Below are positions 27,495 to 41,339 of a stretch of DNA of 64,000 bases, in pieces; position 1 is the stretch's first letter; the number at the start of each line of letters is the position of its first letter. The stretch comes from Tricharina praecox. Taxonomy: Eukaryota. The translations under genes and the position numbers were made by a program. The stretch covers positions 124,001-188,000 of the forward strand of contig NW_026250404.1 in the NCBI RefSeq assembly GCF_024521635.1, in the 5' to 3' direction. The notes under the pieces were generated by a model, which made no database searches, had not been told where the DNA came from, and was given only the letters and a program-made list of their open reading frames with translations.

Positions 27495-29161
27495 TTACTT
27501 CTCTTCAGGATTCTCGGCGACAGGAGTCTGAGTTGGAGTCTTGGTTTCTTCGTCCCTGGGAACAACAACGTCTTTCTTGTCTTTGAGGTGAAGGTCGCCA
27601 ACACTGGCTTCGAGCTCTTTGAACTTGGTTTCCTCAACAACCTCGTCCGGAACCGGCTTCTCGTTCTCCTGCTTGATTGGCTCCTCATCGATGAACTCTT
27701 CCTTCAGAGGTTCTTCATTTGAAGTCTCCTCCTTCGAGACTTCCTTGATAAGTTCTTCCTTAGGCGTCTCATCTTTTACCTTCTCCTTCGTGGGTGCCTC
27801 CTCTTTTGAATCCTCCTTGATTTCCTCCTTCCCCTCCTTCGCCTCCTCTTTGGTGGACTGTTCCTTCGCGGCATTCTCACCCTTCGCCAGCTCTTCATCT
27901 GGCACAACTATATCCTCCTTCTCCGGTCCCGCCACAGGAGCCTCGATCACGGCCTCGGCGGCGACCTCTTTCACTTCTGCTTCGGTCTCCGTTTCGACCT
28001 CTGTGGCCGGTTCTTCCCGCTTAGCTTCCTTCACCGGTTCCTGTACTTCCTTTTCCTCACCCTTCTCGACATCTGCATCCACGTCCGTCTTCTCCTGAAC
28101 AGGCTCCTCCTTCTCAACGACATCCGTCTTCTTCTCCTCGACTGGCTCCTCCTTCTCAACGACATCTATCTTCTCCTCCTTAACCGGCTCTTCCTTCTCA
28201 ACGACATCTGTCTTCTCCCCCTCAAATGGCTCCTCCTTCTCAACGACATCTGTCTTCTCCTCCTTAACAGGCTCCTTCTTCTCCTCGACTGGCTCCTCCT
28301 TCTCAACGACATCTGTCTTCTCCTCCTTAACAGGCTCCTTCTTCTCCTCGACTGGCTCCTCCTTCTCAACGAGATCTGTCTTCTTCCCCTCAACTGGCAC
28401 CTCCTTCTCAGCGGCCTCCGTCTTCTTCTTCTTCTCTTTGGCTGGTTCCTCAGCGACAGATGCAACTGACGGTTCAGCTGCAACCTTATTCTTTGAAGAT
28501 GAACTCTTCTTCTTCCCCTCAACCTTGCCCACAGCACTCTTAATACCGCTCGACTTCCTCTTCCCGGCAGCAGCAGCAGCGGCGGCGATCCCAGCCTGCG
28601 AGAACGCCGTCGGAACACCTCCTGCAGGGTGGCCTGATGGGGCGGCTCTCTCCCCGACGATATTCGGTTTCGCGGTGGTAGAAGGATCCCTGTGCGTCGT
28701 GGAACCGTCCATCACATTCATCTTCTTCTTCTTCTTTTTGAGCCCCAAGTTCTGGCGTAGCTCGCCATGCTCATTCCAGTCTTCAATATCGTCATGGTTC
28801 TATACAATGGAGATCATGTCAGCTCAGGGATGCTGCAGCTTTCGGTAACAAGGGATGGCTAGTAGGGGTGGAGCTATGGCTTACTTACCCCCAACACCTC
28901 CCCGTTCTTTGCAATTCCGGGTAATCGCTTGCCTTTGCCTTTCCATTGCCAAAGGCGGCGAGCTTTGTCGTCGGTAGCGAGGTCGACGGCTTTGAAGGGA
29001 ATCTTGTGAGATGTAAGGATGTGCTCGAGGCGAGAGGTAGCCGTGATGATGCCCGACGATCCGGAGGTCAACGAGGTGAGAAGGAAGATGGTGTCTGCCT
29101 CCTCACGCGAGAAGGCTTGCGGATCGAAGGTCTGGGGAGCTTCGCTCGGTGCGGTCGTCAT
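27495..29161 (-). CDS. SH3BGR/thioredoxin-like domain + long Glu/Lys-rich repetitive tail; intron about 28801-28888
   Basis: IFLLTSLTSG..ATSRLEHIL..IPFKAVDLATDDKARRLW..LPG..LG|NHDDIEDWNEHGEL, followed by low-complexity KTDVVEKEEPV repeats. Confidence 0.8.
28085..28400 (-). repeat. Coding minisatellite (39/60-nt modules encoding KTDVVEKEEPVEEK[KEPVKEE])
   Basis: Repeated GGCTCCTCCTTCTCAACGACATCTGTCTTC units. Confidence 0.85.
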
Positions 29162-29508
29162 TTTTATTGCGTAGATGGAGATGTAGGTGTAGATATTGTT
29201 CTTTGTGTGTTGAGTCGAGGGAGAAGGTGAGAAGGAGCCCCTGGCCCCTGTTGGACGTCAGACCTCCCCACACGACACGCCAAGACGGCAATCTCCGGAG
29301 CCGTCCCAAACGAAACGGGTTCTGAGCAGATCGCAAAGGTACTTTGCGCATGAGTGAAGCGAACGAAGATATAATCCGCGGTCAACCCACCTGGACGCGA
29401 ATCAAACTCCAACAAAACCACCCTGCTGTCCTTCGCCACCGCGAATACTACCACGTTGCACCTGCTTCGTACCACCGGTCTTCCAAGCACCGCGTCGAAT
29501 AATCATCC

Positions 29509-31590
29509 ATGGCAAAAAAACGCAAGAGCAAGGCCAAGCACTACGCGTCGTCGGGACCGTCAGAGGCACCAGCCGCGCCCCCACCGCTGCCCGCACTTGA
29601 TGTGCCCGCCTTCGCGCTGACCGCCATCGTCGTCGAGGACAAGATGTCTGTTTCGCCTCCACCGTACCGCGTTCCCGAAGAAGCCGACGAAGGGGAATGG
29701 GAGCTGCCGGGTCGCAATAAGAAACCGAAGAAAGAAAAGTCCGAGAAGAAACGGAACTACCCAGAATTTGTGGTGTCGCCGCAAAAGCTGAGAAGGCAGG
29801 TGCAGCTGCACGATATTCAGAACCTGGTTCTGTGGTTAGCGGCGGATGCAGCTGCGCCGCAGTGGTTGCTTGTGAGGGTAAGTTTTCTATGACAGGATGG
29901 GCGGGGTGACTTCGGCAGAGTTGATCGTGCGGTGTAGCATAAACCGGCGATCCGAAGGCTGGTAGTGCTTATGGTGTCGGGGTTGACGATGAACATGTTT
30001 GACGGAAACCTGGACCTGGTGCCAGAAGGCCATTCGCCGTCCGATCAGGTCGTACCTGCCAGCGGAACAGCAGAGGAATTCTTCCCCAGTACACTTGATT
30101 CGGAAAAGCTTGCACCGTGTCTCCGGGGGATGGCAGATATGTTCTCACACGTCTGGCCTATCAAAGCCTCCGGCGATGACCGCGCCAATAGGATGCATTC
30201 GCCCGTGGGTAACTTTCTCACTGCGCCGCTTCCGAAGAAGACCGATGTCGTCAAGGAAACTCCGTCCGCACCCAAACAGCTGAAGGTCATACAGCTCTTG
30301 ATGACGCTGGCCGAGCTTGTCGAGAATGAGTACCCTCTTCATTCTTCACAACTGGAGGAAGTGCGTATGAGTATTGGCGAGGAGGAGACAGACGAAGATC
30401 GGGATCTGTTGGAGAAGAGGACATCGGAGGGCTGGGTGGAAACAGATATCTCGAAAGGAAACGGCGAAGACAAGAACCAAGCTGGCTCTATCCTCGATGG
30501 AAAGACCGTCTACTCCCTCGACTGTGAAATGTGCCAGACCGAGCACGGCCTCGAGCTCACACGAATCAGTATCCTGAACTGGGACGGCAAATCAATATAC
30601 GAAACCTTTGTTAAGCCCACAAATGCAATCACCGATTACCTCACCGTATACTCAGGCATTACCAAGGAGAAACTCGAGAACATCTCGACAACACTAGCAG
30701 ACGTCCAGGCCCACCTCCTTACTCTCTTCAATCGCGACACCATCCTCGTCGGACAATCCCTCAACTCCGACCTGGTAGCCATGAAATTCGCCCACCCGCA
30801 CATCATCGACACTTCCTGCATCTATCACCATACCCGGGGACCACCCTACAAACCCTCATTGAAATGGCTCAGTCAGCGCTTCCTCAAGCGCGACATCCAA
30901 AACACCGGACCAACCGGCCACGACTCAGCCGAGGATGCACAGGCTTGTCTCGATCTGCTCAAACTAAAAATCGAAAAAGGTGAAAAGTTCGGTACCAGCG
31001 ACGAAAACCGCGAGAGCATCTTCAAACGCCTCACCCGAGCACCGTACGGGAAAAAGGCCGCAATGGTAGACTACTCCGATCCCAACAAATTCTACGGCGC
31101 CTATGCAACTTCCACCCTTGACGCCACCAACGACGATGAAGTCGTTAAAAATGTAGGCAAGTGCGTCAACGGCGATATGGAAGCCGGACTACCAGCGATG
31201 GACTTCACGTGGGCGCGTCTACGCAGCCTTGAGACTGCACGCTGCTTCAGCGGCTCTAACAGCAAATCCACCGACATTGACGGCCCGCTCCCGGAAGTCG
31301 TTCGCGACCCACCGAAAGAAGTCTTGATCGAAAGCGTTCAGGAAACGGTAACGAGGATCCGGCAGATTTATGACGCCCTGCCGAAATGTACCGCGTTCGT
31401 GGTGTACTCGGGGACTGGAGATCCGAGACAGTGGAGATGTATGAATGACCTGCAGAGGAGGTTTAAGGAGGAGTATAAAGTGCGCAAGTGGGATGAGCTC
31501 GGCGTCAAGTGGACGGATGCCGAGGATCAGAAGTTGAAGAAGTCATTGAGTGCAGCGAGGAATGGGGTTGGATTTATGGTTGTTAAGTAG
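29509..31590 (+). CDS. DEDDh RNA exonuclease, REX1/RNH70-like; intron about 29878-29937
   Basis: SLDCEMC, ELTRISI, YSGIT, GQSLNSDL, IIDTS, PSLKWL, GHDSAEDA motifs. Confidence 0.9.
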
Positions 31591-32903
31591 CTAGTTGGTT
31601 TTTGGAGAGTGGGAGCTCTACTATCGGAGGATGGTATGATACATGCATGTCTGGAATATTTTCGAAACAAAGATGATTTTTCTCGATATAGTAGAGTTCA
31701 CGAATCAGTTACAATCTAGCCTGGTAATCCGAGAACAGGACGACGTTTTTGTACCCACCCAAGGTTGCCATAATAGATGGGTTCTGTAAATTTCTTTGCT
31801 CGTCAACGTGAAGCTTTGCAGTACAAAAAAGTTTAGCTACTCTAGATCACAGGAGAACGAAGGTTTAGGTTTCATGAACGTCAACGAAACCTCGGCAGCC
31901 GGACCCGACGGCGCCGGGACCTGACCACGTCGGCCAAATTCTCAGAAAAGTTTCTGAGCCACAACATATAAATTGAAGATCTCTCTCTCGCAAATTCAAC
32001 GCCTCCATAACTCCAGTATCGGTTATGCGATTCACGTTTTTTGTATTGAGAATCCACGAGTCTTCTGAGATTTTCCGTATGGACCTACAGTCTCCAGACA
32101 CTCCTCGGCCGCCTATCAATTACTATACGGCTCTCCTTGATCGGCCTGTTCTTTCACGCTATTGACAGCTTCGCGGCGGCGAAAATCACCTCAACAAAGC
32201 ACTCTCAGTTTAATCTTTGTGTCATCAGACTTGGTTTGAGAATCCACGAGTCCTCCAAGGAGTTTTCCATATGAACCGACAGCTTTTTGGCCTCTTAACC
32301 GATGAGTTTAAAGATAATCGCATCTTTTTCAACAACTCGCCTGGCGCTGAACATACGCCTGTTTGCTATCAGCTTACCGTCTTCCCTCTCACCTATCGCG
32401 CCCGATCAGTGGCAGTCCTCCGTCCCACCTATCGCTCCAAAGCGTCCAGAGGCACTAGTTGCGCAGAGCCAGCCCAGACAGACCGTTGTGCGAGCTCCCA
32501 AATAGACAGTTGTGTGAGCTCTCAAACGGGCCAGCGCTACCCGAAGACGTTCAGCTATCCCCCATAGCCAGAATCTCAACAACTCAGACTTTTCGGCAAT
32601 CAATCGCGGCCACTGGTCGGAAGATGACAAACAGCTACTCCTGGGCTACTTGTCAGAGAATCTCCGCAATTACGAGGAGTTTAAGGTTAATGGAGTTTTT
32701 ATACATCCGTAGTCATAGTTGAAGACGGAAGAACGGACGATTGAGAAGCCTGACCATTCCGAATCGAACCCAGGTATTCATATTCATTTTGGAGATCATG
32801 TTAAACCTCCTACATACGCCGTCCCAATTTTCCAAAAACCCCTAAAAAGGCGATAAAGATCAACCCAACTTCCAGAACCATAAGATAAACCACGTATCTA
32901 GAC

Positions 32904-35900
32904 CTAGCTAGATTCAAGCTGAGCATCCGAAATAAAATGACTCCCCCCCGCACACCTCCATCCATTTGATGTCTTTTGCCATTGGTATCCTGCCACACAA
33001 ACTCCCATCGCCCTCAACTTTTGCTGGACCTGCGCCTCCTGTTGCCTTCTCTTCTTCTCTAGTTCTCTAATCCTCTCCAGCTCCCTCGCCGCCTTCTCGC
33101 CTTCGATGCGAGCCCTTAGTTGCGTCAGCCTCAGGGTCTCCTGCTTCCGTTTGATCTCTTCAAGGGCTGCGTCATCCTTCGCCTTCAGTGCAGCTGCCTC
33201 CAGTCTCGCCAGCTCCTCAGCCACCCTCTTACGAACGGCCTCTTTAGCCGCCAGCGCTCGGAACTCAGCTTGCTTCTTCGCGATAGCCTCCTGCGCTTCT
33301 CGCAGCCGTTTTTCCTCGGCTGCCTTGCATGCCTGGAGTTCGTTCCAGACTGCGTCCGACACGCCGGGATCGCGCCCGTCGTCTTGCGGGGATGGCGGGA
33401 CCTCGGCGGCATCCTTTTGCTTCTGGGCGCGCGGCGGTGGGGGAGCTGTTGCTGTCCTCGGGGCTACGGATGGCGGAGGCGGCGCATCTAGCGGCGGCAG
33501 AGTCTGAGCAAACTTGGACGTTTCGAACTGCGGAGTCCGGTTTGCGGGGAGGTTTGCTCTTCCCCTCCGTTCTACCAGTAACTGTTTGACACACTCGAGC
33601 GCGGTCCGCGCAGATAGCTCGGGCGCGAACGCAGCGGACCCGGAGGACGATGGTGTCTTGTAGACGAAGCCGATCATTTTCTTGGCCAGCGTCTTCATGT
33701 CTCGGGCGTTTCCCCACGATGGCAGGACCGTGAGCTCACCGATGAGGCTCCGGAGCACGACATATCCGGGAGAATTCTGATCCTGCAGGAAATCCACGGT
33801 GATATTCTTCTTCCCGATGTCACTCGCCATGACCTGAAGGCAATGTTCTGGCGACAGATTGGTGAACTGAACTTCTTCCGGGAACCGGCTCGAGAGCCCG
33901 GAATTGACACTTAGCAGCCGGTTCATGTCGTCGTCATAACCTGCCAGGATTACGATCATCTTTCCCAGAAACTGTGGCTTCGTCAGAATATCGACAAGCT
34001 CATTGACGGCTTCCGTTGCAAAGTGTCCCTCTGCGAGGCGATAGGCTTCATCCACAAATAGCACCTGACCCAAGGCTTTCTCGAGCTGCTTTTTCGTCTT
34101 GGGACCGGTCTGCCCGACATATTGACCGATCAGATCCGTTGCCGAACATTCCACGACCTTGGCTGTCGATAGGAAACCCATGTCATAATATACCTGACCC
34201 ATTTTGCGAGCTGTCGTCGTCTTTCCGGTACCTATTGAAGGGGTTCAGTATGTTCCGGTAGAGTGTCATGGGGTCGCAGCAGTGGGACTAACCTGGGGGA
34301 CCCTTAAATATAAAGTTCGTCGGAATGAGCTCGTGCAGTGGGATTCCCTTAGCCTTGGCATTGATGGCTATTTGTTGATAGCCTTCGAGCTTAGCAACGA
34401 TGTCCTCGCAGCCTATGACGTCTTCAAACAGCTTCCTGCAATTCAGCGTGGCACTGGCGCCTCTGGCAAATTCGGGATCGAAATCCTCGGGCTCGAAGAC
34501 GACATCGAAGGCTCGCTCTGCTGGAGGCTTCTTGCTCTGCCGGGTTTGGAAATTCGTCTTCGCCTTGCTGAGCATGTTTTCCACCTCGCCGGCATTCCCG
34601 AAGTTGGGCCGCATGCTGCACCGATCGAGCAATTCACAGGCTACATCCTTTGCTTCTGGTGTGGCATCAAGACCTTGGTGCTTCAATTTTAGGTCCAAGA
34701 TTTCCCTCAGTTCAGCGTTCGTAAAGTCCAGGAAATGGAATGCGTCATCTATTGCGAAGCGACGCGCGAGACCCGGATTGACGTTCTGGAACATCGTATT
34801 CATCTGTTCTTCGTATCCTAGGAGGAGAACGCAGCGATCTTCTCCCGGTATCGATTGCACCTCGGCGACCAACGTGTCGATGACAGCGGTCTTGAACGGA
34901 TCACTCTGGTTTCCGACCCCACCCCCTCCTGAGTATAGGCTGTATGCTTCGTCGATCACAAGCACCTTCCCGACCGTTGTTACTAGTATCCCCTTGGTTT
35001 GGCTTTCGGAATGTCCTATGTATCCCCCGATGAAGTCCGATGGGTTCTTGACGACAACTGCATACTATTAGTGGTTTGAAAAAAGCCATCCAGAGATTGT
35101 GACCAACCTTCCCCGTTGCTGAGCATGCCCAAATCGTTCAACACCTGACCGTAGTACTTCGCCACAGTGGTTTTCCCGGTCCCAGGGGATCCGAGAAAAA
35201 CACGGTTGAGAGGAACCCGGATAGGCTCCTTTTCACTGAGCTCTCTCAAGTAGTTCGTATGGATCATATCGACCATCGACTGCACCGACTGCTTGACGGT
35301 TTGAAGACCTATCAACTCCTTCAGTTTGTTCCACGCCTCACTCTCCCCCAGGGCCTCCGCTGGGTTTGGTCCGATCAGATCTTCCCTTGTGAAAAAGAAG
35401 TCGTCTGATATCTTTCCATCTCGAGTCTCTCGGGTCAAGCGAACTCCCTGCCTCTCCCTGATCTTGGCGAAGACATTTGCAAGGCCTCTGGCATTCCCGA
35501 ATCCGTTTCGGCCTCGGCCTCTTCCCAGGCGCCGGACCACGATCCGCATGTAGAGGCCGCCCATGCCCTCCTCCACCTTCATTCTACCGCCGTACCATTT
35601 GTCGATCATCTTTCGCAACATCAGGTGGAGTTCGGGATCCTTGTAGTCTTCGAACTTCAGTGTGTACGGGATTCGACTTGGGATTCCCGGATTGTGCTCG
35701 AAGAACTACGAGTACATCACTTGGTGTAAGCATAACCCCGTAGCATGATAGCATGGTGCAGTTGTAACTTACAGACTCCATTTCTTTCGTGTAGCCGGCG
35801 AACAGGAAGACGATCTTTCCCACATTGTTCTCGATCTCCGCAAGCAGGAAATCGAGGACTTGGGCTCCGCCGGTGCTCTGCTTCTCGGTGAGCTGGTAAG

Positions 35901-38900
35901 CTTCGTCAAGAAAGACAGCACCGCCCCCGGCTTTCTGAATGTCGTCGATAATTTTCTTCGCCCCGGGTACGCCGTCGTTGGCCAAACGAGAGCCAGTAGT
36001 CTCCACAAATTCGCTCCCCGGCAAAACGCCCTGGTATGTATTCAAGAATTCGGCATATAGACGTGCCACGGTTGTTTTACCTACAGATTGTTGTCAGAAA
36101 TTCGTCACCAAAAGATGGATACGATTTCATACCAGTGCCGGGATTGCCTAGCATCACCACTCCAAAACGCTCATTCTTGAAATCGACATTTTGACGGAGA
36201 GAAACGTCAATCTTTGCCTATTTTTTTTCCGGAGGGGGAACAGTCAGCGATCGAAACATGACCTGCTCACGCCTTGGGAATACCTTGATATTCAAGACCT
36301 GCTCCTTGACATTCTCCAGTCCGGTCATGTCCATGAGCGTATCCAAGGCCTTGTTGTTGGCATTTTCGAAAGCTTTCTGCCGTCGCCATTCTTTCTCCGA
36401 ATCTGAGGGTTCGAGCACTGGATCTGGAACCAGTTTGCGCGGTCTGGCATGTGGTTTGGCCGTAGCTGGTGGTACGGCGGCGGGAGTAGTGCTGGTTGAA
36501 GGATTGGTTGGAGGCGTGTTCGTGCTTGGATCCAAGGGTGCTAGAGGGGGTACGCGTGGGGGCTGCTGAGTTGCAGGATCCTGTGGAGACGAGGGCAACG
36601 TGGGCTGCTGTGGGGGAGGGATGGGTGCCCGACGTGCAGCGATAGCAGCGAAGGCAGCGTTCTGCAGATCCCGTTTCTTCTGCTCGATAGCATTTTCCCT
36701 TGCTATGCGGTCCTGTTCGTCTTTCATCTCTTGTCTCTTCCGTTCGATCTCTTCGTCGAGAAGTACCAACTGCCGGAGGTGTTCCTTCTGTGCCGCTTCG
36801 CGTTGCTGTTGCAGCTCGAAATCTCTCTGTTGCCTCTTTTCAGCAGCCAGCCGCTCGCGTTCACATTTTTCACACACGACCGGCGGCCCTTTGTGACACT
36901 TCCATCGGTACGGGTGGCCTTGATCGCACTTCGCGTGCGTAACGAATTCACAAGGCATCTTTGAATGATCCGAAAGCTGATGACAGTGTTGAGGGCACTT
37001 ATGCACTCCACAGCTGAGGATAGTTCCGCTAGAATTCTGGTTAGAACCATGCCTTTGAATAGGATAAAGGGAATCCTTACCATGGTTCTGTACACCCACC
37101 GTCGGGACACTCGTCGTCAAAGTCTTGAGGCTTGCGGAGGAACGTTTTCCTGTCCGGGTGCCGCTCACATTTTGCGGGAAGTCCGTCGTGAATGAATCCA
37201 CCTACCTTCAGAAGATCGAAGAACCTGGTCCACATTTCCTTACCCTTGCGGGCATGGAGGAAGGTTTCCGGGTTGCTGAATGTGAAAGTTAGCATTTACT
37301 TTTGTTTCCATACTGCACCAAGGACGTACATACCCAATCAGTATGAGACCGTTTTGCGCCCGAGACAAAAGAACGTTCAACCTCTCCGGAGCAGACATAA
37401 AGCCAATGTCGTTGTCGTCATTGCTCCTTGTGAGGGAGGCAATTACGATCTCGCTCTCCTCGCCTTGATAGTTATCTAAGAACAATCAGCCTTTGAACCC
37501 AAGTTGTTTCAATACTCGACATAGCCGAAGGTAGGTTCCCGTACCGATGGACGAAATCTTTATAGGGTTCTTGGTGACGTGAGCACTGGCAGCCGGTAAC
37601 AATCTATCCGACAGTCAGAAATTTCGTCACACGGTGTTTCTGCAGTCGTGAACTTACCCAGCGCGGACCAGATCATAAGAGTCAAGATCGTTGAGGACGG
37701 GATCGTTGTCTTTGCTCAACTTTTCTCGAAGCAGTTGTAGCTGCCCAAGATATGGCGTCAAAACCACGATTTTGTCCGTGCCATATCCCTGCTGCCCAAG
37801 GTATCGAACGGATTTCAAAACCATTTCAGCCTCGAATGTGTTTTGTTTGGAGGATTTGTACGTCAGTCCGTCCTTATCTCCTAGTCGGGGATTATGGTCT
37901 TCTGGCTTGTCATGGCTGACAAAGATCAGATTGCCATTATGGAATCCTCGAATGTCTGGCCGTTGCTGAGTCCCAGGTCCGTCGATGAGGTCCGGATAAG
38001 TTAGAGTTCTGATGAGTGAGGATATTTCCGGTCGCATGCGATGCTGCATGGTAAGAGTCTGATGGGGAAACCCCTTCATGACGAGACGCTCGAATAAGGA
38101 TCTATTGAGATCGTATCCGTCACCTTTCTCGACTGTTAGCTGATAATTGCTCACCTTTGGCCGTAGTTGTTTGTGGTCGCCGATCAGGATCAACTGGTCG
38201 GTCTTAAACCCCAAAGCAGTGAGGATATGACTCTCCAGTATCTCTCCCGCCTCTTCCTATTAAATAGTTATTCAATGAAACTGGCTTCGAATGGTGGTGT
38301 TTTAATTCTTACCACTAGAAGCACGTCTGCATTCGCTGCCTGTAATTCCTCATACTTCATAGCTGCAGCACTCGTCGTACACCCGATGATACGTTTCTCC
38401 CGTAGGACTGTGGCATCCTTCAATCTGTACATGCGGCTGATTTTGTTCTGGCATTCGTTATACTCTTGGGCGAGAGCACTGATGTCATGTGCCTGTTCTC
38501 TGGACAGTGTCGTCGTCCATCGCTGGTATATAGCCTCCCGGTCTGGGTATGGCTTTTCCCAGATCCCCCGCGTTTCTTGGGTGACATTCCATCTGAAAAT
38601 TCCAGCATCCAATCCCCTAAGCCATCGATCAAGTAGGTAATATTCATCCACGGCCTTGCCTTTTTTGCTTACCGTTACCATTCCATCGTCGTTGGAAGGC
38701 ACAGTGAACGCCCCGAACCAGTCCGGTCCATCGTCATCAAGGAACTCTAGATGAGTCATGAACTGGTGAAATTGGTTCGGAGCGGAAATATATTGTTGGA
38801 AGTCCTGTTTCAGCTGCATATCCAGACGACGTGCCTCCGATTTGAGTTGGTCAATGACCTTGTAGGTTTCCCGGGGAAGACCTCTGCCGCCGGCACCTTG

Positions 38901-40641
38901 GAGAACAAGAGGCTTCGTCCTGGCAGTCGACTTGGCTCCGAGGCGCACCATACTTGACGCAGGAATTCCGATATCAAGCAGATCCTCCAAGAACTGATCG
39001 AGGGCGTGATTTGTATAACACACCACGAGGATCGTCTTGTCGGTGGAGTCATGGATAATCTTGGCAAGCAAAGCTCCGATGAAAGACTTGCCGGTACCTG
39101 CAGAGAATCAATTAGTAGGCGAATAGACAGTGGGGCCCGCGTGGGATGAACTTGCCTGGCGGTCCTTGGATAAGACTGACTCTCTGCCTCAATGCTGTAA
39201 GTAGAGACACGCACTGAGACTTGTCCAGTCTAATTTCTTTCGGCGATTTGATTTTGAGAAGCCCGCGCAAATCTTGGGACGGGTTGGTTTCAATCTCCCG
39301 AATGCGCGCGTCGGGAACTGACGAAGGTTGCTCGACATTAGTTCCTTCGGTCCATGACAGCAGCTCGTCGCTCAGCTCCATTTCCTTGATGCCTTGTAAG
39401 CGGATAAGAATCGGCTCATATGCGAAGACCGCAGTGTTGATCTGAACCAACTTGATAACACGCCCGGTCTTGAGCTTGAGAAATGCGTTATGCATGTTCT
39501 GGTTACTAGAGAACTGTAGCAATAGTATCGGTAGTTTGGCGGCAAGGAGGTCTTCGTCGCGGTTGATGCATGGGAATGCCACTACTTCGTTATCGACGAT
39601 CAAGCAGGTTTGAGAAAGATGCTTCATGAAAGTTTTGTTCGTGATTAGGAACTTCTTCCGCTTCGCCGGCTCCTTGTGCTTGCCGAGTTGGGGGAGATCC
39701 TTCGCGCACTGAAGTTTGAGGCCCCATGGTTGTTGGCGAGCAGGATTGCATTCGATTCCGAGTATCTTGAAGCCTTCGAGAATCATCCCGCGATGGGGTT
39801 TCTTCTTGATTCCAAGGGCAATCTGCAGCTCCTCGCGCATCTCCGCAACCATGTCTTCCCGTAAAAGTCGAAATTGGTTGTCCAGATGGATTCCGAGACG
39901 CACCCCATCGTCACACGCCTCCTCCATAGCCTTGGCCGTCCGCATGAAGGGCTTCTCTTCGGTTCTGAACTCGTCTGCAGTTGGCATGATGGTGATTTTC
40001 CGAAAGTCGGGGAAATCATTGTCATGACGCCCTCCCGGACCGCCGTATCCGTCGAAGGTGAGTGGAGTCGCCGTGGTGGTCGAAACGATGTGTTTGATCC
40101 TGTGGCCGAGGTTGCGGACTTCCAAGTGAGGAGAATTCAACAGGCGTTCCTGCAGGGCATCCTCTTGAGCGAGCTCATTATACTGCGCGGCCTTTTCCTT
40201 CTGAAGAGACACGAGCTCAAGGAGTAGCCAAGCAAAACATTGTTGCGCCTGTCGCTCCAGTTTATCGTCTTTGTATGCGCGTACGAAGCAATCCCAGAAA
40301 ATCGGCGGGTCTACCATCTTCGAGAGGACCTGGTGTAGGAGATCGCCTCCCATGATGGTCTTGAGGTCTGGATTCTGTAGATATTTGAGGGTCAAGGCTG
40401 CCGGCCCGTTCAAGAAGGTCGGATCTGTTCTGAAGCGCATACATTGCTGAACAGTAGGAAGAGCCCCAGCTATGAGCCTCTGAATACAATCTGCTGGGTC
40501 CTGCACCCTGATCGATTCCAAAAAAAGGTTGCCCTGTGTAGAAGTCGATACCGGCTTTTTACCTGTTACAACCTGATTGAAAAGAACGTCGAGTTTGGCC
40601 TTTCGTTTGGCGTCGTTAGGGTCCCCAGAGGACGCAGACAT
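32904..40641 (-). CDS. ZNFX1/UPF1-like SF1 helicase + NF-X1-like Cys/His region + coiled coil + three CbbX/SpoVK-type AAA+ domains + C-terminal Cys/His motif; 12 exons, about 2,350 aa
   Basis: Helicase motifs GGRHDND, IQGPPG|TGKS, YTNHALDQ, VEEAGE, IGDHKQLRP, SLFERL, QHRM, DNYQGEE, NVLLSRA. Three AAA modules with GNPGTGKT, GSPGTGKT, GPPGTGKT and DEAY Walker B motifs. I found no disabling stop after splicing. Confidence 0.92.
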
Positions 40642-41339
40642 CTCTCACGATGTCAAAAGATGTAAATTCTGGGAAATGAGGGGTAGAGGATGTTTCGTGC
40701 GAGTGAGGTGAGACAGCGTTGGGAGCCAAAAAGAGAATGCAGAAAAGCGGATGTTCGGACGAAGTAGAGGGCGAGACAGAGGACGAGACAGAGGGTGATT
40801 TTCAAAGGCAACTCAATGGGGGCGGCAAGAGTATCTAGACTTCCGGCGGGTGGAAGAAGAGGGGTTGTAGAAAGACGGAGAAGATATGAGGATGCCGGTA
40901 TTCTAGAACGTGCAGGCTGCAGCACCGTGTTTGGACGTTTGGGGCTCGCCGGTTGAAGCATCATATATCACGTCACTGCGCCGCATGCGCTATGGTTGGC
41001 CGTGTAAGGAGCAGTGTCGTCCATGGTGTTCTCTCTCTAGCAATGTCGTCCATAGAACAGCGGCGATAGGTGTGAATGTACGTTGTGACCGTCGAGGCCC
41101 ATCACTAAGACGTTCGCATCCTGCCACAACAATTCAGACTCTAGAGAACTCCTCCGAATCTTCGGTATTGTCCCGCAGCACATAACTGCCCCCTCAGCCT
41201 CCAGGTCTTGAGAATCCAGACACCTGTGTCCAGCACACCTTCCCATTCACATATCGTTAGCGCTTTCTTCCATGCGCACTGACGCGTGCATTCCTTGTGC
41301 TCGGCAGCGTGGCCCCCACGATGCGAACAGGGTCGCGGT

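Noticed and set aside
32745..32830. Minus-strand GGGTTCGATTC B-box-like motif suggesting a tRNA
   Set aside because: T-stem does not pair and no cloverleaf forms
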